Shown piece by piece: positions 1-8,906 of a DNA stretch of 64,000 nucleotides. Both the position numbers and the translations under genes were made by a program. How positions within the stretch are numbered: the first letter of the stretch is position 1; the number at the start of each line of letters is the position of its first letter. The notes below the pieces were generated by a model that did no database searches, was not told where the DNA came from, and worked only from the letters and a program-made list of their open reading frames with translations. This DNA comes from Candidatus Omnitrophota bacterium. Its GTDB lineage: Bacteria; Omnitrophota; Gorgyraeia; JAHJTE01. Location of the stretch: NCBI GenBank assembly GCA_018830005.1, contig JAHJTE010000001.1:577332-641331 (forward strand), in the 5' to 3' direction.

Positions 1-1
1 A

Positions 2-646
2 GATGTAATTATAGTTAAAAGCAATAAAGGCACTTATCAGGCAAAGACACTAATAATCGCCTCTGGCAAAAGATCAAGAGAATTAAATGTCAAAGGCGAA
101 AAGGAATTCAAGAATAAGGGCCTTACATATTGCGCTACCTGCGATGGACCGCTGTTTTCTGGAAAGGATGTAGCAATTATTGGCGGCGGGAATTCAAGTC
201 TGGATGCTGCACTGCAATTAATAAAAATAGCCAAGCGCATTTATATAATAAATATTAGCTCAGGGCTTGCTGGAGATGCTGTAATGCTGGATAAGGTCTT
301 AGGCAACGAAAAGGTAAAGGTTTTTAATAACAGCTCTGTGACTGAAATTTTAGGAGATAAATTCCTCAGTTCCATTAAGATAAAGACTCAAGAAGGGCAA
401 GAGGAGCTTTTGGTTTCAGGCGTTTTTGTTGAAATCGGCCTTAATCCAAATTCTGAATTTGCACCCAGCTTAGAAAGAAATGAACTAGGTGAAATTAAGG
501 TGAACTTTCACAACGAGACAAATATTGAAGGAATCTTTGCTGCGGGTGATGTCACCAACGTCCCGGAGAAACAGATTATAATTGCCGCTGGTGAAGGCTC
601 TAAGGCGGCTTTAAGTGCTTTTGGTTTTCTGGCTAGGAAAAGATAG
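2..646 (+). CDS. trxB: Thioredoxin-disulfide reductase (TrxB/AhpF-like), 5'-truncated by window edge
   Basis: Frame is open from position 2; contains CATCDG redox motif, IIGGGNS NAD(P)H-binding motif and GIFAAGDVT C-terminal FAD motif. Confidence 0.85.
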   Translation, partial: DVIIVKSNKGTYQAKTLIIASGKRSRELNVKGEKEFKNKGLTYCATCDGPLFSGKDVAIIGGGNSSLDAALQLIKIAKRIYIINISSGLAGDAVMLDKVLGNEKVKVFNNSSVTEILGDKFLSSIKIKTQEGQEELLVSGVFVEIGLNPNSEFAPSLERNELGEIKVNFHNETNIEGIFAAGDVTNVPEKQIIIAAGEGSKAALSAFGFLARKR

Positions 647-740
647 ATATATACTTAAAAATATTCCCTTCCTCTTGCGCCTGTTAGTTGTTGTTAAAAG
701 AGGGATTGGAAAGGCCTGAGTTAAGAGAAAGGAGATAAGC

Positions 741-1874
741 ATGCCTAAAACAAACATCGAGGAGTTGAATCTTTTTGGACAAAGTGTCTGGTTGGACAAT
801 ATTAGTCGTTCTCTTATTGAAAGTGGTAAATTAAAAAGCTTAATAGCTAAAGGATTAAGAGGCATGACCTCTAACCCGACAATCTTTGATAAGGCTATCA
901 GTAATAGTGATGACTATGATCAGAAGATAAGACAATTATCCTTTGAAGCTAGATCGACTTTTGAAATTTATGATGCTTTGACGATTGCTGATATTCAGGA
1001 AGCTGCTGATATATTTAGGCCTGTGTATGATGAGACTGATGCCCAAGATGGTTATGTGAGTTTAGAGATTAATCCTGAACTTGCAGCAAGACCTAAAGAG
1101 ACCATAGAAGAAGGCAAGAGATTACACGGGATAGTAAATAGAGCCAATGTTATGCTTAAGGTGCCTGCAACTGATGCTGGATTTGAGGCCATTGAAGAGC
1201 TTCTTGCCTCTGGCATAAACATTAATGCTACTTTGATATTTTCCTTAGGCCAATATATTAAGACAGCGCAGGCTTATTTGAGAGGTCTTAGGCGGCTCTC
1301 AGCTGACTGTGGTGATTTGAGTAGAATAGTTTCAGTGGCGAGTGTTTTTGTAAGCCGCGTTGATACCAAAGTGGACAAAATGCTTGATGAGCGCATAGCA
1401 GAAGAGAGTGACGATTCAGTAAAAAAGCGACTACAGGCCTTAAAAGGAAAAGCAGCCGTGGCAAATTCAGCTATTATCTTTGGAAAATATTTAGAGATTT
1501 TTTCTGATAGTGAATTCAAGGAATTAGAAAAAAAAGGCGCTAAGGTTCAAAGGGCGCTCTGGGCCTCAACCAGTACCAAAAATCCAGCTTACAACGATAT
1601 TAAATACGTAAGTGAACTCATTGCAAGGGATACAGTCAATACCCTGCCAGATAATACATTTGATGCCTTTCTAGAACATGGAGTAGTAAAACAGGCCTTA
1701 ACAGCGGATATTACTCTAGTCCAAGCGGTTATTGATGATCTTAGGTGTTTTGACATTGACATAGATAGCGTATGTACAAAATTACTCCAGGATGGAGTAG
1801 TTGCATTTGAAAATTCGTTTCGCTCTCTTCTTGGTTCCTTAGAGGATAAGACTAAGAGGGTATGTGTTAAATAG
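741..1874 (+). CDS. tal: Transaldolase (long form)
   Basis: GQSVWLDNISR, GMTSNPTIF, YVSLEINP, NVMLKVPAT (Schiff-base Lys), SVASVFVSRVD, RALWASTSTKNP; AAGGAG RBS. Confidence 0.95.
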   Translation: MPKTNIEELNLFGQSVWLDNISRSLIESGKLKSLIAKGLRGMTSNPTIFDKAISNSDDYDQKIRQLSFEARSTFEIYDALTIADIQEAADIFRPVYDETDAQDGYVSLEINPELAARPKETIEEGKRLHGIVNRANVMLKVPATDAGFEAIEELLASGININATLIFSLGQYIKTAQAYLRGLRRLSADCGDLSRIVSVASVFVSRVDTKVDKMLDERIAEESDDSVKKRLQALKGKAAVANSAIIFGKYLEIFSDSEFKELEKKGAKVQRALWASTSTKNPAYNDIKYVSELIARDTVNTLPDNTFDAFLEHGVVKQALTADITLVQAVIDDLRCFDIDIDSVCTKLLQDGVVAFENSFRSLLGSLEDKTKRVCVK

Positions 1875-1922
1875 GTTGGGTTAAATTAAGACGGGCCTCT
1901 TTTTTAATACAGAATTCCTCGA

Positions 1923-3095
1923 GTGCCTAAAATAAGGATTCAAATGAATTCGTATCTGCGAACTCGCCTGGACTCTGCAAAAGTCCCCTTGGTAATAATA
2001 GCCACAGTATATCTTATATTTATAATTATGAGATTTACTATCTTTGATTATGAGCCCTCAGACTTTATAGAGGCAGGTGAAATGTTTTGTGATCCTGATC
2101 TTGTTCCTGACGGCTTAAGAGTGCTTGGCGATAATTCCGCTGGCTACGATGGCCAATTTTATTATCGTATGGCGCTTGATCCATTTGGTTTTAAAACTGA
2201 CGATTTCGGAATTACATTCGACGCCCCTTCTTATCGCCAACAACGGATTATGTATCCTTTAATTGTCTGGGGACTGTCGTTGGGACGTCCTGAGCTTGTT
2301 CCTATAATGATGATCTTGGTAAACTATTTTGCCTTGTGTTTAATCGCCTATTTAGGTGGACTTTTTGCCCAGTCAATGAAACAACATGCACTTTGGGGTC
2401 TTATTTTTGCTATATACCCAGGGTTTATCTTAAGTTTTGCGCGAGATCTTGCAGAAATAGTAGCAGTTTGTTTTTTGTTTTTGAGTCTATTCTTACTCCG
2501 AAACAACAAGCATCTCTTTGCTACCTTGTTTCTCACTCTGGCAATGTTTACGAGAGAGACCACGCTTATGGTTGCCGTAGCAGCTTTGTTAATTCGCTTC
2601 TTAGTGACAGATGAAGGCAAAAGTAATGATAAGTTGAAATGGTATTTTTTTGTAATACCTATTGTTTCATATTTTGGTTGGCAGTTATTTCTTTTTCTTA
2701 AGTGGGCAGAATGGCCTTTTCCTGTATCTAGTTATAATTTTGGTTTGCCATTGTTGGGTATTATAAATTTTTTCAAAGATAGAGAAAGAATTGACTTATT
2801 AGTATATTTTAGCGAGTTATGTTTCATTGTTGCATTTGCCATTTCCGTGCTAAAGTCTTTAGGCTCAACAGTAGCAACGAAACATGAAAAACTATCGTGG
2901 CTACTTTATGCAATTCCACTTTTATTTGCAAGCCGGGATTTTTGGGCAGAAGATTGGGGGTTTTTGCGTTTTCTTTCAGAATTTTATATTATTGGTTCCT
3001 TAATTATCCTCGGTTCAAAATTTAAACTAAAACTTCTAATATTTGTCTGTTCTCTGGTTTTTTGGCTATACTTGTTCAAAGATAGAATGCCATAA
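1923..3095 (+). CDS. Polytopic membrane protein, GT-C-like (possible surface glycopolymer enzyme)
   Basis: Many hydrophobic segments; loop motifs GYDGQFYY and YRQQRIMYP; start uncertain. Confidence 0.55.
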   Translation: MPKIRIQMNSYLRTRLDSAKVPLVIIATVYLIFIIMRFTIFDYEPSDFIEAGEMFCDPDLVPDGLRVLGDNSAGYDGQFYYRMALDPFGFKTDDFGITFDAPSYRQQRIMYPLIVWGLSLGRPELVPIMMILVNYFALCLIAYLGGLFAQSMKQHALWGLIFAIYPGFILSFARDLAEIVAVCFLFLSLFLLRNNKHLFATLFLTLAMFTRETTLMVAVAALLIRFLVTDEGKSNDKLKWYFFVIPIVSYFGWQLFLFLKWAEWPFPVSSYNFGLPLLGIINFFKDRERIDLLVYFSELCFIVAFAISVLKSLGSTVATKHEKLSWLLYAIPLLFASRDFWAEDWGFLRFLSEFYIIGSLIILGSKFKLKLLIFVCSLVFWLYLFKDRMP

Positions 3096-3121
3096 TATCT
3101 ATTTTATATAAGGAGAGCGCA

Positions 3122-3502
3122 ATGGAAAAAAAGAAGATACTAGTAGTCGATGATGAACTTGATTGTCTAGAGGCAATAAAGCAGAGACTAGAGGCGAAGA
3201 ATTATTTGGTGGTAGTTACATCCAAGGCTAAAGAGGTTTTTCCAACGGCAGAAAGGGAGGCACCCGACTTGATCCTTCTTGATATAGTAATGCCTGATAT
3301 GAATGGATATGAGATATGTGAACTCCTAAAGCAAGGAAATAAGACAAGAGATATACCCATAATACTTCTTACAGGCGAAAGTCTAGAGCCCAGAAGTATT
3401 ACCAAAAGATGCCTTAAATTAGGTGCTGACTCGTTTATTTTGAAGCCAATAGATATAGAAATACTTTTTAGTAAAATAAAAGAGTTATTAAAGGAAGAGT
3501 AG
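3122..3502 (+). CDS. Single-domain response regulator receiver
   Basis: ILVVDDE, LILLDIVMPDMNG, IILLT, FILKP; AAGGAG RBS. Confidence 0.9.
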   Translation: MEKKKILVVDDELDCLEAIKQRLEAKNYLVVVTSKAKEVFPTAEREAPDLILLDIVMPDMNGYEICELLKQGNKTRDIPIILLTGESLEPRSITKRCLKLGADSFILKPIDIEILFSKIKELLKEE

Positions 3503-3522
3503 ATCTTTAGAGGGAGAAATTA

Positions 3523-3807
3523 TTGAGCAGGTCAAAGACGCGAAGATTTAAACGAGAAGGCAAGTTCTACGTATATATCCTTAAGTGTAAAAGCGGCACC
3601 TATTATACTGGCTATACAAACAATTTAGAAAATAGGATTAAAGAGCACAATGATGGAAAAGGTGCTAAATATACAAGAGACAGAAGGCCGGTTAAGCTGG
3701 TATGGAGCAGGGAATATAAATACTTTAAGAAGGCATTTTTAGAGGAAAAAAGAATTAAGAAATTAACGCGAGAACAGAAAAAAGAATTAGTAGATGCTAA
3801 AAAATAA
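3523..3807 (+). CDS. GIY-YIG nuclease (UPF0213/YazA-like)
   Basis: YVYILKC...YYTGYTNNLENRIKEHN...GAKYT...RPVKLVW. Confidence 0.9.
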   Translation: MSRSKTRRFKREGKFYVYILKCKSGTYYTGYTNNLENRIKEHNDGKGAKYTRDRRPVKLVWSREYKYFKKAFLEEKRIKKLTREQKKELVDAKK

Positions 3808-3859
3808 GCTGATCTTAAAATTAATCAATTTACTCATGGTAATATGAAAGGAGGTTTGT

Positions 3860-4267
3860 ATGGAAAACACAGTATTTATCGCTAAACTTCTTGGTCCTTA
3901 CATGATCATTGTTGCATTAGGTATTATGTTGAACCTAAAGACCTATCAGAGGGTTATGGAGGATTTTTGTAAAAACACTGCCTTGGTTTATTTAGGCGGA
4001 ATATTTGCACTTTTATTCGGTCTTCTTGTAGTGATAATCCATAATGTATGGGTAGCTAGCTGGGTTGTAATCATTACAATCTTTGGCTGGGGCGGGATCG
4101 TTAAAGGTATCTGGTTAATCATCTTTCCGAATACGATAGACAAATTTATGCAGGTATACCAGAAGAAACAAGCTTTATTAAAGGTCTACTTGGTCCTGAT
4201 TCTTGCCCTCGGCGTATTCCTGACAATTAAGGGATATTTCATAGGTAGGCTTTGCGCTATTATGTGA
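3860..4267 (+). CDS. Small 4-TM membrane protein
   Basis: Four hydrophobic helices, HNVW and GWGGIVKG motifs; GGAGG RBS. Confidence 0.7.
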   Translation: MENTVFIAKLLGPYMIIVALGIMLNLKTYQRVMEDFCKNTALVYLGGIFALLFGLLVVIIHNVWVASWVVIITIFGWGGIVKGIWLIIFPNTIDKFMQVYQKKQALLKVYLVLILALGVFLTIKGYFIGRLCAIM

Positions 4268-4507
4268 TAATTTTATTTGTTTTAGTAGTTTTAATTGGAT
4301 TTTATGTTGGCAGACGTTGATGGCGATATGCATTGGGAGGCGTTGATGACTGTCAATGCCGTTTTGTTCTGTTCTGATTTACCATTTCGTGTTTCTAAAA
4401 AATATATGCCTTTTAGATATAGAAGGTTATCGGGTGATCCATTGGAAGATCACAGCGGGTTTAATTACGATATAGCACAGTCAGAAAGAGCATTTCATTA
4501 AGGGTCA

Positions 4508-4570
4508 ATCAGGACTTTCGGATTACCGATGAGCACATTATTGCATGACTATTTTAAGTGTTTTAAGAAG
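4508..4570 (+). mobile_element. Degenerate att scar A: miaB-5' remnant (IRTFG) fused to recombinase C-terminal tail (DYR*AHYCMTILSVLRR)
   Basis: atcaggactttcggattaccgatg matches the ACTTTCGGAT core of scars D/E; downstream DNA closely resembles scar C (gatgaccgatggttgcactattacatgac). Confidence 0.7.
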
Positions 4571-4621
4571 ATCAAATGCTCTAGTTCCTCTACCAAACAA
4601 TTTATGTAATTTTAAGAATTT

Positions 4622-4669
4622 TGTTTGGTAATTTTTTTTCTTGACAATTGTTACCAAACATAATATACT
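4622..4669 (+). promoter_or_regulatory. Sigma70 promoter with operator inverted repeat for the TA-like pair
   Basis: TTGACA 4641-4646, 17 bp, TATACT 4664-4669; perfect IR TGTTTGGTAA (4622-4631) / TTACCAAACA (4651-4660) flanks the -35. Confidence 0.75.
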
Positions 4670-4708
4670 ATTTTTGGATATTTGTTAGGTAATTCTATAG
4701 GAGCGATT

Positions 4709-5029
4709 ATGGGAGTTATTAAAGGTGTTCTTAAAGAAGAATTAGAGAATTCTTTAAGAATGAAGAAGAATTATGAAAAAGCACTTGAAGTGCATCCGGG
4801 AGGTTGTTTCATCCGCAAAAAGATACGCGGGCATAATTATTATTATTTAGCTGTCCGTCAGGGGAAGAAAGTCAAATTCATTTATCAAGGTAAAAAACTA
4901 TCCAAAGAGGGCATTGCCAAGCTTGCGAAGTCAAAACAGCTTAGAAAGAAATACAAAAAACTGATTCAGAAGTTAAAAAAACGAATAAAATACTTAAGGA
5001 AAGTTTTGCATGGAAAAGAAGACGTTTAA
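4709..5029 (+). CDS. Small basic protein, putative antitoxin/DNA-binding partner of the downstream nucleotidyltransferase
   Basis: ATG 4709 after AGGAG; Lys-rich, KKIRGHNYYYL; overlaps next gene by 20 nt. Confidence 0.6.
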   Translation: MGVIKGVLKEELENSLRMKKNYEKALEVHPGGCFIRKKIRGHNYYYLAVRQGKKVKFIYQGKKLSKEGIAKLAKSKQLRKKYKKLIQKLKKRIKYLRKVLHGKEDV

Positions 5030-5720
5030 TTTATGTTTAGAAGTGTTAAGAAGATTCAATAACGCCGGAATATTGAAATCAGTTGTCGTGATTGGTAGCT
5101 GGTGTATTTATTTTTATAGATATTATTTTAAGTCGAAATCTTACTCTACTTTTATTAGAACTACGGATATTGATTTTTTAGTTCCTTTACCTTTTAAGTT
5201 CAATAAAGAATTAGATTTACGTGAATTCCTCGAAGATCTTGGATTTAGACAGGAATTTAGAGGCTCAAAGGGATATATTAAATTAGTGCACCCGGATTTA
5301 ACTATTGAATTTCTCGTTCCGGAAAGAGGTCGCGGCAGTAATATGCCTTACCCTTTACCGGAATTGAAAGTTAATGCTGTGCGATTAAGATATCTAGATT
5401 TCCTTTTAGAAAATACGATGCTACTTAGTGCAAATGGAATGGAAATTCGCCTGCCTCATCCTGCGGCATACGCCTTGCATAAATTTATAATTTTTAAGCG
5501 TAGAAGAAAAATTGATAAGCATGATAGAGATATTGAAGGAGCGTTAAGGGTATTTTACGCATTGATACATAACAACGATCATAATGCTATAAGAAGCGTT
5601 TTCAACAAGATGCACCTTAAATGGCAAAAAACGGTTTTGCAGAATCTTGAATCTATTGAGGAATTTGAAATAATTGATATTTTGCAGAGCGAAGACCGTA
5701 CTGGTTCTAAATTTAAATAA
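5010..5720 (+). CDS. Nucleotidyltransferase-fold protein (GSU2403/AbiEii-like toxin candidate)
   Basis: VVIGSW, RTTDIDF, IEFLVP, PAAYALHK, KHDRD motifs. Confidence 0.75.
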   Translation: MEKKTFNLCLEVLRRFNNAGILKSVVVIGSWCIYFYRYYFKSKSYSTFIRTTDIDFLVPLPFKFNKELDLREFLEDLGFRQEFRGSKGYIKLVHPDLTIEFLVPERGRGSNMPYPLPELKVNAVRLRYLDFLLENTMLLSANGMEIRLPHPAAYALHKFIIFKRRRKIDKHDRDIEGALRVFYALIHNNDHNAIRSVFNKMHLKWQKTVLQNLESIEEFEIIDILQSEDRTGSKFK

Positions 5721-5760
5721 CAAGTCCTTTGATCCCGTATGAAAATTTAAGGAATTAGTA

Positions 5761-5866
5761 ATGAAACTTTATCTTAAAGTCTATATTAAGACTTTAAGAT
5801 GGCCGATAGCTGCGTTATAGGGGGACTATGGAGAGGATAGCGGAGGTACTAGTTAAATTAGATTGA
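5761..5866 (+). mobile_element. att scar B: miaB-5' remnant (MKLYLKVYIKTLR) fused to recombinase tail (DGR*LRYRGTMERIAEVLVKLD*)
   Basis: AAGGA RBS + ATG 5761; core mutated to actttaagatgg; tail aligns to scar E tail DGQWPVYSKSMMSIAEALVE. Confidence 0.75.
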
Positions 5867-5899
5867 GCTTGAAAGGTGCAAATATAAAGAGAATAAAAG

Positions 5900-6562
5900 A
5901 TGAGTTTTAAAAATAGGTTTAAACGCTGGTTTAAATTACGCTTTGCCATTATTTATCCTTTTGGTATCTTTGTAGTTCTCTCTAGCTATCCTGATGATAA
6001 GTCAATAATGAATGGGATTTGGTTTATTTTAATTGGTTTATTCCTGCGAAGTTGGGCGAATGGCTATGCAATAAAGTTAGAAAAACTCACTACTTCTGGT
6101 CCCTATGCTTTCGTAAGACACCCCCTTTATCTAGGTACGATTCTACTTGTTCTTGGTTTTATTATTATGCTGAAAATTTATTATCTAGGCACATTATTCT
6201 TCTTAATAATAATAGGAGTATACTACCGAACAATTAAAAAAGAGGAGCAGATGTTAGAACAAAAATTCAAACATCGATACATCGATTATAAAAATAAAAT
6301 TCCAGCCATAGTGCCTGCGGTTTCTCCTTATCGTGAAGGCGAAAAATGGTCTTTTAGCTTGAAGCGTCTGATTAAAAGCCAAGAATATAAATTGTTTCTT
6401 TGGATGATCATTCTCGTAATTGCATTCCACTTAAAAGAGGAATTCTTAGTAGAACATGAAAAAATAGATACGAAAATAATTGTATTAATAGTTACTGCTT
6501 TTTTTCTGGGAATTATCGATTTTATAGGTGAAATAATAAGATGGAAAAAGAACGAGACTTAA
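5900..6562 (+). CDS. Isoprenylcysteine carboxyl methyltransferase / PEMT family membrane protein
   Basis: LTTSGPYAFVRHPLYLG, EEQMLEQKF..Y..YK motifs. Confidence 0.85.
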   Translation: MSFKNRFKRWFKLRFAIIYPFGIFVVLSSYPDDKSIMNGIWFILIGLFLRSWANGYAIKLEKLTTSGPYAFVRHPLYLGTILLVLGFIIMLKIYYLGTLFFLIIIGVYYRTIKKEEQMLEQKFKHRYIDYKNKIPAIVPAVSPYREGEKWSFSLKRLIKSQEYKLFLWMIILVIAFHLKEEFLVEHEKIDTKIIVLIVTAFFLGIIDFIGEIIRWKKNET

Positions 6563-6624
6563 ATAAAAAAGTATACCTGAAAAATAATGATATTTTAGGT
6601 GTTGATTAAGCTGGAGGTAATATT

Positions 6625-7101
6625 ATGAAACATTCACTAAAAGTAGGATTTAGTTTTGGCGTAACTTCTGGAATAATTACAACGCTTGGGTTGATGGTAG
6701 GGTTGCATTCAGGCACTAATTCGAAGCTAGTCGTTATAGGAGGAATTTTGACAATAGCAATAGCAGATGCATTTTCAGATGCATTGGGTATTCATGTCTC
6801 TGAAGAGATGGAAAATAAACATACTGCGAAGCAAGTGTGGGCGGCGACAATTGCTACATTTTTCTCTAAGCTTGTCTTTGCACTAACATTTATTATTCCA
6901 GTTTTGCTATTTGAACTTTCTACAGCAATTGTGATAGCTATAATTTGGGGATTATCTATACTTTCTCTTTTTAGTTATAGAATGGCTAGAAAACAGAGGG
7001 TAAATCCTTGGAAGGTTCTTGCTGAGCATTTGTTCATAGCAATAATCGTTATAATCATAACCCATTATCTTGGTGATTGGATAGCATCGAATTTTGCTTG
7101 A
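6625..7101 (+). CDS. VIT1/CCC1-like membrane protein
   Basis: FGVTSGIITTLGL, IADAFSDALGIHVSEE; GGAGG RBS. Confidence 0.7.
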   Translation: MKHSLKVGFSFGVTSGIITTLGLMVGLHSGTNSKLVVIGGILTIAIADAFSDALGIHVSEEMENKHTAKQVWAATIATFFSKLVFALTFIIPVLLFELSTAIVIAIIWGLSILSLFSYRMARKQRVNPWKVLAEHLFIAIIVIIITHYLGDWIASNFA

Positions 7102-7146
7102 CTCTTAATGGTGAATAGCAATAGTGATAATGTTTAGCCATTTGTA

Positions 7147-7246
7147 ATGAATAACGATATGAAAGTTTTTATAAGGGCATGGGGATGACCGATGGTTGCA
7201 CTATTACATGACGATAATTAAGATATTTAAACAAAGGCAGATATAG
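7147..7246 (+). mobile_element. att scar C: miaB-5' remnant (MNNDMKVFIRAWG*) fused to recombinase tail (DDRWLHYYMTIIKIFKQRQI*)
   Basis: atgaaagtttttataagggcatggggatgaccgatgg; MKVFIRxWG resembles a MiaB N-terminus (TWGC variant); tail frame is open for 20 codons. Confidence 0.75.
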
Positions 7247-7313
7247 TGGATAGTTACGTTCAGAAACGATGGTGGGCTCAAGGATGGTTTGTTTTGAGCG
7301 TCATAACAGTTTT

Positions 7314-7371
7314 GAATTCCGGGGATACATTACTTAATTCCTGATAGATAAGCGTTATGTCTTCCGAATTC
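7314..7371. repeat. Imperfect inverted repeat (REP-like)
   Basis: gaattccggggatacattactta ... taagcgttatgtcttccgaattc. Confidence 0.5.
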
Positions 7372-7504
7372 GTCTATAGACATTGCCACAAAGGGTGCGC
7401 GGTTAATGTCGCCTGATCATCCTCTTATTAGATCTACCTGTTCAGTCAGCACATGTTTTGGAGACAAAATAGCCAGTTACACCAATAATAAAGATAGAGG
7501 GTAA

Positions 7505-8191
7505 ATGGAAGTTAAGGACTACTACGCAATTTTGGGAGTAGATGAAAGCGCTTCAAGTGAGCAGATAAAATCCGCTTACAGGAGTTTAGCCTTGAAGTAT
7601 CATCCAGATAGGTGCCCCGAAGAGAAAAAGAAGGAATGTGAAGAGAAATTCAAGGAGATCGCAGCTGCATATTACGTTTTGGGAGATGCCAAACGAAAAA
7701 AGGAATACGATGATTACCGAAAAGGCGCTTATGAATTTAGGAGCGGGCAGGGCTCGGGAGATTTTGCTTCGCAAACAGGGTTTGATTTTGAAGACTTAAT
7801 GAAGCATTTTCATGATCTTGGAGCACGCGGGGCCCGTCAGCAAGGGGGATTTAACAGATATTTCTTTTTTGATGACTTAACCGATATTTTTGAAGGGATG
7901 AGCTCAATGCAAGGCGATCAAGCCGGTGGTCCTTATACAGTTTATAACTTTACGGATACAGGGGGTCAACAAAAATATGATACAGATACATATGCAGACA
8001 TGAAGATTCCTCGAAATGTTGCTTTAAATGGCGGTGAAGTTAAAGTTAAGTTGAGCGATGCAAGAACAATTAGTCTAAAAATAAATCCCGGCACAAAGAA
8101 TGGCCAGAAATTAAGGTTAAAAGGCATCGGTAAAATGTGCCCTACGTGTGACCATAAGGGAGATCTAATAGTTACTATACGTTATTCATGA
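7505..8191 (+). CDS. J-domain protein (CbpA/DnaJ class B-like)
   Basis: DYYAILGV, KYHPD, KFKEIAAAY, G/F-rich linker, partial DnaJ C-terminal domain (PGTKNGQKLRLKGIG..GDL). Confidence 0.9.
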   Translation: MEVKDYYAILGVDESASSEQIKSAYRSLALKYHPDRCPEEKKKECEEKFKEIAAAYYVLGDAKRKKEYDDYRKGAYEFRSGQGSGDFASQTGFDFEDLMKHFHDLGARGARQQGGFNRYFFFDDLTDIFEGMSSMQGDQAGGPYTVYNFTDTGGQQKYDTDTYADMKIPRNVALNGGEVKVKLSDARTISLKINPGTKNGQKLRLKGIGKMCPTCDHKGDLIVTIRYS

Positions 8192-8216
8192 ACAGGTATT
8201 TGAAGCAGGGAGGTTA

Positions 8217-8381
8217 ATGATGGATAAAGATATCATAGGTATTGCAATAGGCGCATTTTTGGGTTTTTTGCTTGGCTATTTCGGCAAGTGTTCAACCGGT
8301 GTCTGTCCTTTGACGAGTAATAAATACATTAGTACTATTTATGGTGCATTATTAGGCTTTTTGATAGCTCGTTCCTTTTAG
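8217..8381 (+). CDS. Small membrane protein with CxxGxCP motif (DUF6132-like); not in ORF track
   Basis: GGAGG RBS; MMDKDIIGIAIGAFLGFLLGYFGKCSTGVCPLTSNKYISTIYGALLGFLIARSF. Confidence 0.75.
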   Translation: MMDKDIIGIAIGAFLGFLLGYFGKCSTGVCPLTSNKYISTIYGALLGFLIARSF

Positions 8382-8446
8382 CTATAAGATTTATTCTACA
8401 CAGTCAATGAAAATCTTTATAAATGAGTCTACGCAAGGAGGTTTTT

Positions 8447-8716
8447 ATGAGCAGTAAAAAAAGTTTTAGTTTTGATGAAGCAAAGAAAATTGGAGAGCAA
8501 CTAGGAATAAAGTGGGATAAGTTTGATGTAGAGCAATTTAGGCAAGGCATGGATGTGGAGTTAGAGCACGGGTTGCGTGATCAAACAACAAATGTTACGG
8601 GCAACGACCCCTTGACGACAGGGAAGATTGCGCTTGCGCACTTAGAAGAATTTCCTGATTATTATACGAGGCTTGCGAAGATGGAGAAAGAGGCAGAGGA
8701 TTTTTGGGAAAAATAG
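8447..8716 (+). CDS. Small conserved protein (DUF5661-like)
   Basis: QFRQGMDVELEHG, KIALAHLEEFPDYYTRL; AGGAGG RBS before ATG 8447. Confidence 0.75.
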   Translation: MSSKKSFSFDEAKKIGEQLGIKWDKFDVEQFRQGMDVELEHGLRDQTTNVTGNDPLTTGKIALAHLEEFPDYYTRLAKMEKEAEDFWEK

Positions 8717-8755
8717 CAATAATAGTCTTGTTTTAGAAATTAAAGGAGGCTTAAC

Positions 8756-8881
8756 ATGGGAGTACAAAAAGTGGATGAAAAATATCGTTGTAATGTATGC
8801 GGGAATGAAGTGACTGTTACTAAAGTTGGTGGTGGAGAATTAGTTTGCTGTAATCAGCCTATGGAGAAAATAGAAGGATAG
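8756..8881 (+). CDS. Desulforedoxin-like FeS4 iron-binding protein (41 aa); not in ORF track
   Basis: AAGGAGG RBS; MGVQKVDEKYRCNVCGNEVTVTKVGGGELVCCNQPMEKIEG with CxxC...CC. Confidence 0.9.
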   Translation: MGVQKVDEKYRCNVCGNEVTVTKVGGGELVCCNQPMEKIEG

Positions 8882-8906
8882 ACAGTCTCAATCTACTTTA
8901 GAATTT

